Shown here in pieces: positions 28,942-38,265 of a DNA stretch of 64,000 nucleotides. Numbering within the stretch: position 1 is the first letter of the stretch; every line of letters begins with the position of its first letter. The translations under genes and the position numbers were made by a program. The stretch is from an uncultured PS1 clade bacterium (GTDB taxonomy: Bacteria > Pseudomonadota > Alphaproteobacteria > MED-G09). The notes under the pieces are model-generated. The model saw only the letters and a program-made list of their open reading frames with translations. It ran no database searches and was not told the DNA's origin. The stretch is taken from the NCBI GenBank assembly GCA_902537725.1, contig CACBCD010000001.1, positions 79,158 through 143,157 of the forward strand, written 5' to 3'.

Positions 28942-31434
28942 ATGTTTTTTAATTCAATGCATAAATCTATATCTCTAATAGTATTAGTAATATTGTTAAA
29001 TGGATGTGGAGGCGGAGGAGGAGGCTCTTCAAGTCAATTAACACCAATACCAGCTCAAGAAAATAATTCATCTGAAACACTTGACCCAAATACGAATATA
29101 TTTATTCCAAAGGAAACTTTTGAAACACCTGAATATAGAAATCAATGGGGTTTAGATTTTATAAATGCCTCAGATGCATATTCTTACGGTGCCTCAGGCA
29201 AGGGTGTAGTGGTCGGTGTGGTTGACGAAGCTCTAGATTGGGGTCATCATGAGTTTCTTAAAGAAAATATTCTTCATCCTGACAGTATTTTAATGTATAG
29301 CGGAAATAGAGAACCTACTCCTTTAGAGAAATTTCATGGTACCGCTACAAGCTCAATAATCGCGGGTAGAAAAGATAATGAACCCGTCGATAGAAATATG
29401 CATGGTGTTGCTTATGATGCTCAAATTTTATTTATTGCAATTGAATTAGGCTCTCCACCCTCGGATGGTGAATATGAACCAATAGATATACCGGCTTTTA
29501 GCTGGGAGCGATTTGATGAACAGGAATCTAAGTTCTATGAAGAACTGTCTTCTAAATCAGATGTTATTAACAATAGCTTTGGATTTACTGGACAGATAAC
29601 TGATTATTCAAGAGAAACTCTTCAAAATACGTTTCCAAAATTAATAAATACTTTTGCAAGTCAACAGGAGACTATTTTTGTTTGGTCAGCTGGTAATTAT
29701 AATGGAATAACAGATACTGAAGGTGAGCAAGTAAATGCTGCAAATCCAGGAATTTTGGCTGGCTTAGGTTATTATTTTCCAGAACTAGCTAAGAATAATG
29801 TTGCAGTTGTTGCTGTTGATCAAGAAGGTGAAATTGCTGATTTTTCAAACCGATGTGGTGTTGCCGCTGATTTTTGTATCGCCGCACCCGGTGTAAAGGT
29901 GCCTCTTGCAATTCCTAATAATTTATTTAATTCACTTTCAGAGAATGAAAAAAGTAATTTTAATGATAATGTTTTAGACTATCTAGAAAATTATCCTACT
30001 GAAGCATACTTACTTGGATCGGGAACATCCTTTTCTGCACCTCACGTAACTGGATCAATAGCTGTGTTAAAAGAACTCTTTAGAGATAATTTATCCAGTG
30101 TTCAAATTTTAGAACGCTTATTTATAACTGCTAATAAAACTGGGAAATACGCTGATAAAGAAATTTATGGACAAGGTTTGCTAGACTTAAAAAAAGCGTC
30201 ATCGCCAGTTGGTTCAACTCTTTTCTATACTAGGTCAAGTATATATTCAAAGGCGTTACCATCTACAAGTTCAAATATATTTCTAACAAAATCTTTTGGT
30301 GATGGTCTAAAAAATAGCTTAGGAAAAACAAAATTATCCATATTTGATGCACTGGGCGCTCCCTTTTCTGTGCCAGTTAGTTCTTTTATAAGAAGTAATA
30401 TTTCATCCTCAAAAACTATGGAGAGATTATTTAATTTTAAAGAAAAGAAATATGGTTATTTTTCCTCTCAAGGTTTTGAATTTTATTCATCATGGAAGAG
30501 ATTTCTAAACTCAACCGGCGCAGAGGTGAATAAAATTGATTTTGCAGAGATAAATTTTCGAAGAAAAGATACCCTGTTATCACTAGCTTTTGGAAAAAAT
30601 CCTTCATCAAATTTTCTAGATACATCTGAAGAATTACTAATTTACCAGAGTTTTTATGATAAAGAAGCTTTTCTAACTCCATGGTTAAATCTAGTCGAAG
30701 AGGGTTATAGTCTTGGTTTTTCAAATAGGTTAAATGAATTATATTTTGATTTAAATATTTTTTCTGGTTTTAAGAGAAGTGAAGATTGGTTTTTAAAACC
30801 AAGTTATTATTTTCAAAAAACTAAAAATGAAAGTAAAGGTCTCAATTTAACGCTCAGGAATAATATTTTATCAAAGTTTATGATTGGTTACACTCTTGGA
30901 TTTTTAGAAACAAATAATGGTCTATTTGATAATCGTTTTAATGGCGCTTTTAGTATAATTGAAGATACAAAGAGTATTTTTTCATCGATTTCTTTTAAGT
31001 CATCATTAGCAAAAGAATTAAGTTTTATAGGAAGTATAAACTATTCAAACTCCTCTAATATAAACTCAGATAAAATCATTAAAAATATTTCAGGCTTAGA
31101 GGAATTTAGTTTTGATTTTGCTTTAATTAAAAAATCGCTTTTTTATAAAAATGATTTTCTATCATTTCGTATCAAACAAGATCCTAGAATTGAGAAAGCA
31201 AGAGTATCTTTAAACATACCAAAAGGAAGAAATCCTAATGGAGTTGTTGAATTTAAATCAGTAACTTTACCTATAATCCCATCTGGAAGAGAAATAAACT
31301 TTGAAACATCATGGTCGTTTCATAGGGATAACAGAAAATCATTTATTAATTTGAGTTTTATAGATGATAAAGACCATATTAAGTCAAAAGATATTGAAAT
31401 AAATTTAATATTTGCACATCAGCGATTTTTTTAA
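28942..31434 (+). CDS. Subtilisin-family (S8) serine peptidase lipoprotein with C-terminal outer-membrane beta-barrel (autotransporter-like, NalP/SphB1 style)
   Basis: 830 aa. Lipobox LLNGC followed by a Gly-run. Catalytic D (VVGVVDEALD), H (HGTATSSIIAG), S (GTSFSAPHVTGSIA). C-terminal ~380 aa has alternating-hydrophobic strands and ends in IFAHQRFF (terminal aromatic). Confidence 0.75.
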   Translation: MFFNSMHKSISLIVLVILLNGCGGGGGGSSSQLTPIPAQENNSSETLDPNTNIFIPKETFETPEYRNQWGLDFINASDAYSYGASGKGVVVGVVDEALDWGHHEFLKENILHPDSILMYSGNREPTPLEKFHGTATSSIIAGRKDNEPVDRNMHGVAYDAQILFIAIELGSPPSDGEYEPIDIPAFSWERFDEQESKFYEELSSKSDVINNSFGFTGQITDYSRETLQNTFPKLINTFASQQETIFVWSAGNYNGITDTEGEQVNAANPGILAGLGYYFPELAKNNVAVVAVDQEGEIADFSNRCGVAADFCIAAPGVKVPLAIPNNLFNSLSENEKSNFNDNVLDYLENYPTEAYLLGSGTSFSAPHVTGSIAVLKELFRDNLSSVQILERLFITANKTGKYADKEIYGQGLLDLKKASSPVGSTLFYTRSSIYSKALPSTSSNIFLTKSFGDGLKNSLGKTKLSIFDALGAPFSVPVSSFIRSNISSSKTMERLFNFKEKKYGYFSSQGFEFYSSWKRFLNSTGAEVNKIDFAEINFRRKDTLLSLAFGKNPSSNFLDTSEELLIYQSFYDKEAFLTPWLNLVEEGYSLGFSNRLNELYFDLNIFSGFKRSEDWFLKPSYYFQKTKNESKGLNLTLRNNILSKFMIGYTLGFLETNNGLFDNRFNGAFSIIEDTKSIFSSISFKSSLAKELSFIGSINYSNSSNINSDKIIKNISGLEEFSFDFALIKKSLFYKNDFLSFRIKQDPRIEKARVSLNIPKGRNPNGVVEFKSVTLPIIPSGREINFETSWSFHRDNRKSFINLSFIDDKDHIKSKDIEINLIFAHQRFF

Positions 31435-32310
31435 TCAAAGTAATCCCAAATCTTTTTTAATAGGATATAGGTCTTCAAACTCAGGATCTTTCTTCTCAAT
31501 TTGAGCGCTCAATGCTTCTTTCATATCTACTTGAGGATTATACATACCGGTTTGCCACATGGCTATTTGGTTAAGTCCCTCTTCAATAGTTCTACCACGG
31601 GTATAATTAATAGCCTCCTTTGAACCCCAAACTGCAAGAGGAGATTTTTTTGCAATCTCTTTTGCTATCGCCATTACTTCTTTCATCATATCTTCATAGT
31701 TAGAGAAAACATTATTTACTAAACCACATTCATTGGCTTCCTTTGAGAACATTCTTCTACCAGTAAATGCAAGTTCTTTTACTAAACCCATTGGCAATAA
31801 ATAAGGTAGTCTTGGAAAAGTTCCAACATCAGCTGTCATGCCTATATTAATTTCTTGAATGCAGAAAAATGCATCCTCGGTGCAATATCTCATATCACAG
31901 GCTGATGCAAAGTCTACTGCTCCACCAATACAACCACCCTGTATAGCCATCAAAACAGGAATTCTTGAGTTATCTATACAATTAAAGGTTTCTTGAAGTT
32001 TCAGCAGACCTTTATAAAAACTACCTTTTTTTCTCCCTGGGTCTGTTTGTGGGTTTTCCTTGTTTCGGGCATTCTCTGCATTACTAAAAACAGATAAATC
32101 CATACCAGCACTAAAATGTTTACCTGTAGATGATATAACAATTACTCTTGCTAAAGCATCGTAATCAATTTCATTAATAATTCTTGGTAAATCTGACCAA
32201 AATGATACTGGTAAGCTATTCATTTTTTCTGGTCTATTAAGTATTATGTGTGCAATTTTATCTTGAATATCTATTTTAAAACATTCAAATTTTTCATCTG
32301 TAAGTGACAT
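31435..32310 (-). CDS. Enoyl-CoA hydratase/isomerase family (dienoyl-CoA isomerase-like)
   Basis: 291 aa. FSAGMDL, GGCIGGAVDFASACDMR crotonase motifs. Confidence 0.75.
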   Translation of the reverse strand: MSLTDEKFECFKIDIQDKIAHIILNRPEKMNSLPVSFWSDLPRIINEIDYDALARVIVISSTGKHFSAGMDLSVFSNAENARNKENPQTDPGRKKGSFYKGLLKLQETFNCIDNSRIPVLMAIQGGCIGGAVDFASACDMRYCTEDAFFCIQEINIGMTADVGTFPRLPYLLPMGLVKELAFTGRRMFSKEANECGLVNNVFSNYEDMMKEVMAIAKEIAKKSPLAVWGSKEAINYTRGRTIEEGLNQIAMWQTGMYNPQVDMKEALSAQIEKKDPEFEDLYPIKKDLGLL

Positions 32311-32397
32311 TTTAAATTCCTTTATCTAAAAATTATAAAATACTATCTTGATAGTTAATTTCTAGCATGTTTTTGTATATTTTTTTAGGAGAAAATT

Positions 32398-33252
32398 ATG
32401 GCAATTGATTATGATAAAATTATGTCAATGAAAACCAATGATGTTGAGTACTCATATACTGACAATGATACAATGCTTTATGCTCTTGGCATTGGTTTTG
32501 GAAGAGATCCTCTAAATAGAAAAGAATTAGATTTTGTTTATGAAAAAAATCTAAAAACCATACCTTCAATGGCAACGGTAATAGCTTGGGGTGCAGGACA
32601 TATGCGAGATAGTGGAATCAATTATCTTATGGTCGTGCATGGCGAACAAAGATTAAAAATACATCAACCACTTCCAGTTTCAGCAAATATTTTGGTAGAC
32701 TCTAGAGTAACTGATGTAATTGACAAAGGTGAAGAAAAGGGAGCTTTATTAATTACCGAGGTAAATATTAAGGATAAAGAAACAGGAAGTCTTTTATGTA
32801 CATTAGGCGGAACAACTTTTGCTAGAGGTGATGGTGGTTTTGGTGGACCAAAAGAGGGTGGACCTAAACCGCATGCTATTCCGGATAGAGATCCAGATAT
32901 TATTAGCGATTTAAATACATCGCCTGATCAAGCCCTTTTGTATAGATTGTCAGGTGATAGGAATCCACTTCACTCAGATCCAGATGTGGCAGAGGCTGCA
33001 GGTTTTCCTAAACCAATACTTCATGGATTGTGCTCTTACGGAACAGCATGTAAATCAATTATTCAAGATGTTTGTGATTATGATAGTTCAATGATTGAAC
33101 AACTTGATGTTAGATTCTCGTCACCCGTATTTCCGGGTGAAAAAATTTCAACCGAAATTTGGGTTGATGATAAGGAAATTTCATTTAGATCTTGGGTTAA
33201 AGAAAGAAATGTTATGGTAATAAATAACGGAAAGTGTGTTCTAAAAGGTTAA
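32398..33252 (+). CDS. MaoC-like double hot-dog (R)-specific enoyl-CoA hydratase 2
   Basis: 284 aa. Hydratase-2 motif YRLSGDRNPLHSDPDVA. Confidence 0.8.
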   Translation: MAIDYDKIMSMKTNDVEYSYTDNDTMLYALGIGFGRDPLNRKELDFVYEKNLKTIPSMATVIAWGAGHMRDSGINYLMVVHGEQRLKIHQPLPVSANILVDSRVTDVIDKGEEKGALLITEVNIKDKETGSLLCTLGGTTFARGDGGFGGPKEGGPKPHAIPDRDPDIISDLNTSPDQALLYRLSGDRNPLHSDPDVAEAAGFPKPILHGLCSYGTACKSIIQDVCDYDSSMIEQLDVRFSSPVFPGEKISTEIWVDDKEISFRSWVKERNVMVINNGKCVLKG

Positions 33253-33542
33253 AATTTTTTGAACCTTTCTGACAAGCCTAACGCAATCATACAAATTAAG
33301 ATTAGTACTATCAGGCCATTTAATGCATCAATAAAGTTAACATCTTTTGATGAATTATTATTTTTGTTTGTATTATTAATTAAAATTTCTTTATTTGTTT
33401 GAGGTATATCTATCTCAATAATTTTTTCTGAAATTTTTACCTCATCCCTAGCTTTTTGATTATTTTTTTCGACTAAATTTAGAGAGTTACTCTCTATAAC
33501 TTTATTATTTTTATTATTTATAGAGTTATTTTCTTCATCCAT
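33249..33542 (-). CDS. Hypothetical Asn/Lys-rich protein with single C-terminal TM helix
   Basis: 97 aa. AGGAG Shine-Dalgarno ~8 nt upstream of the ATG. C-terminal LIVLILICMIALGL hydrophobic segment. Confidence 0.5.
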   Translation of the reverse strand: MDEENNSINNKNNKVIESNSLNLVEKNNQKARDEVKISEKIIEIDIPQTNKEILINNTNKNNNSSKDVNFIDALNGLIVLILICMIALGLSERFKKF

Positions 33543-33614
33543 AATATTCTCCTAAGGTAACCTTAGCTCAATAATTTTAGATTTAGAAATAAATTCGAAA
33601 AACTTTAATATTAC

Positions 33615-34529
33615 TCAAACTCTATTTTTGATTTTTTTTATTTCTTTTTGAACTATTTCTGGATATTCCATTGGTAAAAAATGAGAAGAATTTTCTATTA
33701 TTTTAAATGTTCCACTTGGATCTTGTTTTTTTAATAATTTAATACCTGGCTCTTGTGTAGTCGAACCTATTTCACCTTGTAAAAGGGTAATTGGACAATT
33801 TATTTTTTTTATTGCCTCCATGGCATTATGTTTCCAAGATGAAAAAGTTGCTGCTTCCCATTCAGGATGACAAGTAAGAATATGATAATTACCTTCTGTT
33901 TTAGTTCCACCATCTATGTAGTCATCTAAAAAACCATCTACCCAAGTAGTAAAAGCGCCTCTTCCCTTATATGACCTTTTAATCATTTCTTTGTTAGGAA
34001 ATTCTCTTCTTCGTTTTAAAGTGCTATCAGCTCTTGATAAAGCTTCTTTAATAAATGGTAAGAATTTAAAGATAGGAAATTTTCTTCCTAACTTTATTAA
34101 GTTTAAATTTTTCTTTGGAATTAAAACTGGTTCAATCAAAACTAATCCTGATACAAGTTCTGGTCTAGATGCAGCCACTTGCATAATTGTTGCACCACCC
34201 ATGGAGTGTCCACCTAAAATTATTGGTTTACCTTTTCTCTCAACAAAATTTTCTACTGAACGTATTAAATCATCTCTGTATACTACCCAATCATACATCT
34301 TTTTTGGCATAGCTTTAGTTTCTGTAAAACCGTGCCCTCTGGCATCAATTGCTCTTATGTGAAACTCATTTGAGAGGGGTTCTAATAATTTTCTATATGT
34401 TAGAGAATTAAAACCAGTAGCATGCGAAAATTGAAAACCCGGCAATCCTTTATCATCATTCCATTCAATATATGAAACATTTCCATCACCAAAATTGTGA
34501 AATTTTTTTGTAAACTGTTCTTTTTTCAT
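33615..34529 (-). CDS. Alpha/beta hydrolase
   Basis: 304 aa. Nucleophile elbow GGHSMGG. Its start abuts the stop of the upstream dehalogenase gene (34530). Confidence 0.75.
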   Translation of the reverse strand: MKKEQFTKKFHNFGDGNVSYIEWNDDKGLPGFQFSHATGFNSLTYRKLLEPLSNEFHIRAIDARGHGFTETKAMPKKMYDWVVYRDDLIRSVENFVERKGKPIILGGHSMGGATIMQVAASRPELVSGLVLIEPVLIPKKNLNLIKLGRKFPIFKFLPFIKEALSRADSTLKRRREFPNKEMIKRSYKGRGAFTTWVDGFLDDYIDGGTKTEGNYHILTCHPEWEAATFSSWKHNAMEAIKKINCPITLLQGEIGSTTQEPGIKLLKKQDPSGTFKIIENSSHFLPMEYPEIVQKEIKKIKNRV

Positions 34530-35408
34530 TTAGAGATTTCTGTACCAATTCGATATAGCCTCACCAATTTCCTTTGGTGAGTCTTCCTGAATAAAATGGT
34601 TTCCTTTAACAGTCAATTCTTGTTGATTATTCCAGTTTCTACAAAATTCTCTTTGTTTTCCTGTTAAAATAGATCCAGGATCAGCATTTATAAATAATTT
34701 AGGTATTTCATTTATAGACATCCAGGATGAATAATCTTCTACAATTTTACATACATCCTCTGGTTCATTGTTTATTGGGATTTGTCTTGGCCAATCTAAT
34801 GTAGGCCTTCTATCGATTTCCGCTATAAACGGTCTCCGATAAATACTCATTTCACTTTCTGTTAAATTTCGGATAATTGCATTTGGAAGAATCCCTTCAA
34901 TAAATAAATTCTTCTTCAAAATTAAATCTTCACCTGCATCTGATCTAAATCCTTGGAAAATTGATTTTGCATCTTCGGGCCAATCATCCCAAGTAATATT
35001 TTTTACAATGGCCTCCATATAGCATATTCCTTTAATATCTTGTTGGTGCTCATAAGCCCAATTAAAACCTAGAGCTGAACCCCAATCGTGAATTACAAAA
35101 GTAGTATTTTTATTTATTTCTAATTCCTCCAAACAGGCATCAAAATATTTTTTTTGAACATGGTAGGAATAAGTATTATTACCCTCATCATTAAGTTTAT
35201 CACTATCTCCCATACCAATTAAATCAATTGCTATGCATCTTCCTTGGTTCTCCAAGTATGGAATAATATTTCTCCAAAGATATGAGGATGTGGGATTTCC
35301 ATGTTGAAAAATAATTGGATCACCTTCACCCCTTTCAATATATGACATATTTTTTCCAAGAACTTTGATTTTCTTTTTTTCAAGCTCTTGATCAGATATT
35401 TCTATCAT
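34530..35408 (-). CDS. Haloalkane dehalogenase (HLD-II, DhaA/LinB-like)
   Basis: HGNPTSSYLWRNIIP and nucleophile VIHDWGSALGF, C-terminal GNHFIQED. I prefer ATG 35408 (MIEISDQEL, AAGGA SD 6 nt upstream, 1 nt after the upstream stop) over the track start 35477. Confidence 0.85.
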   Translation of the reverse strand: MIEISDQELEKKKIKVLGKNMSYIERGEGDPIIFQHGNPTSSYLWRNIIPYLENQGRCIAIDLIGMGDSDKLNDEGNNTYSYHVQKKYFDACLEELEINKNTTFVIHDWGSALGFNWAYEHQQDIKGICYMEAIVKNITWDDWPEDAKSIFQGFRSDAGEDLILKKNLFIEGILPNAIIRNLTESEMSIYRRPFIAEIDRRPTLDWPRQIPINNEPEDVCKIVEDYSSWMSINEIPKLFINADPGSILTGKQREFCRNWNNQQELTVKGNHFIQEDSPKEIGEAISNWYRNL

Positions 35409-35409
35409 T

Positions 35410-36195
35410 TTATTTTCCTTTGAATTCAGGTTTTCTTTTTGAGGTAAAGGCCTCAATTCCTTCCGGACCATCCACACTTTTTAATTGTTCTGAAAATATC
35501 TGGGATTCCAATTCCATTTGCGTTTCTAAACCATTAGAAAAACTTTGTCTTAGCATTTCCTTAACACCGCCGAACGCTTTAGTAGGTCCTTTTGCAATCT
35601 TCATGGCAAGTTTATTTGTTTCAGTAATTACATCTTCATCATTCACAACTCTATTTATTAATCCCCAGTCAAGCGCTTCTTTGGATGATAAAACCCTATT
35701 AGTTAACATTAATTCCATTGTTCTTTTTTTTCCAATAGATCTTGGAAGGTGGAATGTTGAACTTCCGTCAGGAGTAAGACCTGCTGCGGTATAAGCAGAT
35801 GAAAATTTAACATTTTCTCCTGCAATTGCCATATCGCAGGCCGAGACAAGAGAAAGACCAGCGCCTGCAGCTGTTCCAGTAATAGCTCCAATCATTGGTA
35901 CATCTAAATGATCAATTTTTGATAATGCAACATGAAGTATGCCTATCATTTCAGAAATTGCTGCTCGAAGATTTTTTTGCTCGGTCATGAACTTTAAGTC
36001 ACCGCCAGCACAAAATATAGGGCCTTCACCTTGAAGAATGAGTACCCTTATTTTTTCCCCAGACTCACATCTTATGGCTACATCTAAAAGTTCTTTAACA
36101 AGAGGTATGGTAATAGCATTGGCTGAATTCGGTCTATTGAGAGTTATTGTTCCAATGTTATCTTGAACATCAAATTTTAAGTTTTCATATTTCAT
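35410..36195 (-). CDS. Enoyl-CoA hydratase/isomerase family protein
   Basis: 261 aa. FCAGGDL, GTAAGAGLSLVSACDMAIA crotonase motifs. Confidence 0.75.
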   Translation of the reverse strand: MKYENLKFDVQDNIGTITLNRPNSANAITIPLVKELLDVAIRCESGEKIRVLILQGEGPIFCAGGDLKFMTEQKNLRAAISEMIGILHVALSKIDHLDVPMIGAITGTAAGAGLSLVSACDMAIAGENVKFSSAYTAAGLTPDGSSTFHLPRSIGKKRTMELMLTNRVLSSKEALDWGLINRVVNDEDVITETNKLAMKIAKGPTKAFGGVKEMLRQSFSNGLETQMELESQIFSEQLKSVDGPEGIEAFTSKRKPEFKGK

Positions 36196-36265
36196 AATTC
36201 TTCCTTAAATAAGACTAATTTTATAAATCAATTTATAGAGGTCAATTAATTAATTTACTAATGTA

Positions 36266-37567
36266 TTAACGAGCTTCGGCTTCCAGAGGCAGAAATAGTT
36301 TTGATGCTCTATAAAAACATAAAGCGGCAATTGGGTATAAAATTATACCTAAACTTAATAGCGAGAATCTTATTCCAGTTTGATCATAACCGTTTACTTC
36401 ATTGAATATATAATCATTAAAGAATCCTAAAGCAAAAGGTCCAAGAGCAAATCCCACGACATTAGCGCTGATATAATAAATAGCTGCTGTCCTTCCTCTT
36501 AGGTTAATTGGGGAGGCATTCTGAAATGCTGCTCCATATAAACCTGGACCGCAAGACATAAATAAAATCATTCCAGCTAGACCAACTTGTGAGTAGAGGG
36601 AAGAAGCAGATAGAGTGAAAAGTAAAAGTGAAATCCATATTAAAATTACAAAAATACCTGCAATTCTAAGGTGAGCATTAATAATACCTTTTTCAATCAT
36701 TTTACTTGCTATAATACCGGCACCAATACTTCCCCCAATACCAAGAAAAATATTAAATAGACCAAAATTTTGACCAGCTATTGTTTTAGGTATGTCATGA
36801 ACTCTCACCAACATTTCTATTCCCCAGGCTAATACTGAATAACCTACTAGACCAGTTATAGTTACCCCAACAAACATTAAGATAAAGAATTTCCAAGCTT
36901 TTTTAAAAAAAGGCATAAATTCAGCCTCTTCCTTTTTTTCTAAAGTAATTTCAGGGAATGGTAAAAATTTTAAAAGTAACGCAAAAATCAACCCAGGAAC
37001 TGCAAATAAAAAGAAGGTGATTCTCCAGTCAGAAAATTCAGATAAAAAACCCAAATATGGTTTAATTTTATCCATATTAGTTATTACTGCAGCTCCACCC
37101 CACCCAGCAAGTGCAGATCCTAAAAAAGGTCCAGCACCCCAAATACCAAGAGCTAAAGGAAGCTTTTCTCTTGTAAAATATGCTGATAGTACAACTAGGG
37201 CAATTGGTCCTAATGCCGCCTCTCCAACACCAACACCAATTCTAAAAATAATTAAATCCCAAAATTGTTGTGCAATACCACAAAGACCTGTTAAGACGCT
37301 CCACATTATTATTGCAAAAATAAGTACATTTTTTCGATACGGTGTATCGGCTAGTCTCCCAAATATCAGTGTAGATATTCCAAAAAATATTGCAAAAACT
37401 GTACCAAATAGGAAACCTATTTGAGCATCCGTTAAAAGCAGTTCAGCTTTTAATTCCGGTATCATAATTGATGGAAGCTGCCTGTCGGCAAATGAGTAAG
37501 TATTAATTGCAGTAAGTAAAAAAGCTGCAGTCCAAGCAAGTTTTGATGATAATTTAACTAATGACAT
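36266..37567 (-). CDS. MFS transporter
   Basis: 433 aa, about 12 hydrophobic segments. GRLADTPYRKN loop resembles the MFS motif A. Confidence 0.75.
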   Translation of the reverse strand: MSLVKLSSKLAWTAAFLLTAINTYSFADRQLPSIMIPELKAELLLTDAQIGFLFGTVFAIFFGISTLIFGRLADTPYRKNVLIFAIIMWSVLTGLCGIAQQFWDLIIFRIGVGVGEAALGPIALVVLSAYFTREKLPLALGIWGAGPFLGSALAGWGGAAVITNMDKIKPYLGFLSEFSDWRITFFLFAVPGLIFALLLKFLPFPEITLEKKEEAEFMPFFKKAWKFFILMFVGVTITGLVGYSVLAWGIEMLVRVHDIPKTIAGQNFGLFNIFLGIGGSIGAGIIASKMIEKGIINAHLRIAGIFVILIWISLLLFTLSASSLYSQVGLAGMILFMSCGPGLYGAAFQNASPINLRGRTAAIYYISANVVGFALGPFALGFFNDYIFNEVNGYDQTGIRFSLLSLGIILYPIAALCFYRASKLFLPLEAEAR

Positions 37568-37579
37568 TTCTAATGATTT

Positions 37580-38161
37580 TTAATGCTTATAGATTGAATT
37601 TTTTGGCTTGATAAGAACTCTATGAACCATCGGTTCAAAATCCTCAAGGGACATTGATTCATAGTTTGGATCAAAAGCGCATTGATCATAAAGATGACAG
37701 AACTGAGCTGTATATTCATAGTGATCATGACCTTTAAATTGATCACGCATATTTTTATTTAGTCCTAGGTGATCAAAAAAGTAGTAACCTTGAAAAATTC
37801 CATGATGATTTAGCATCCAATGATTTTGTTCAGATACAAAGGGTTTTAAAATAGCAGCACCTATCTCAGCATGATTATGCGATCCAAGCATATCTCCAAT
37901 ATCATGCATTAATGCACATACAACATATTCATCATCTCGATTATCTTTATAAGCACGGGTAGCAGTCTGTAAACTATGCTCAAGTCTATCCACTGAAAAG
38001 CCACCATGGTCATCTTTTAGCAATCTTAGATGATCAAGTATTCTATAGGAAAGGTTCCGATTGAAATCTCTTGCATACCCAGAGATTATATCCCAGTCTT
38101 CTTTTGTTGATGAGGCCATATCTTTATAGGTGGCTCTATCTTTTTTAATTTCTTCACTCAT
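37580..38161 (-). CDS. HD-domain protein, PhnZ/MIOX-like (possible diiron oxygenase rather than phosphohydrolase)
   Basis: 193 aa. RLEHSLQTA ... ALMHDIGD ... HNHAEIG ... NHHGIFQGYYF ... YDQCAFDP gives an H / HD / H / H / D ligand order. The specific oxygenase assignment is inference. Confidence 0.6.
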   Translation of the reverse strand: MSEEIKKDRATYKDMASSTKEDWDIISGYARDFNRNLSYRILDHLRLLKDDHGGFSVDRLEHSLQTATRAYKDNRDDEYVVCALMHDIGDMLGSHNHAEIGAAILKPFVSEQNHWMLNHHGIFQGYYFFDHLGLNKNMRDQFKGHDHYEYTAQFCHLYDQCAFDPNYESMSLEDFEPMVHRVLIKPKNSIYKH

Positions 38162-38265
38162 ATTTTTCCCCTAATAAAATAATCTTAAATTATTTTTTTA
38201 TTTATTCAAATACTAATAAATAATTAAATGTTTTTTATTCCTTTTTTTTATAGTAGTTATTTTAA

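Noticed and set aside
35409-35477. N-terminal extensions in the track for the dehalogenase (35477), PfkB kinase (40004, GTG), FadB (48632, GTG) and Ugd (46491, TTG).
   Set aside because: Each has a downstream ATG with a better SD and the expected family N-terminus. The extensions would create long overlaps with upstream genes.
33991-37424. Plus-strand ORFs 33991-34362, 35420-35794 and 37017-37424, and minus-strand off-frame ORF 35709-35891, all embedded in the hydrolase, crotonase and MFS genes.
   Set aside because: Fully embedded in well-supported minus-strand genes. No recognisable motifs.
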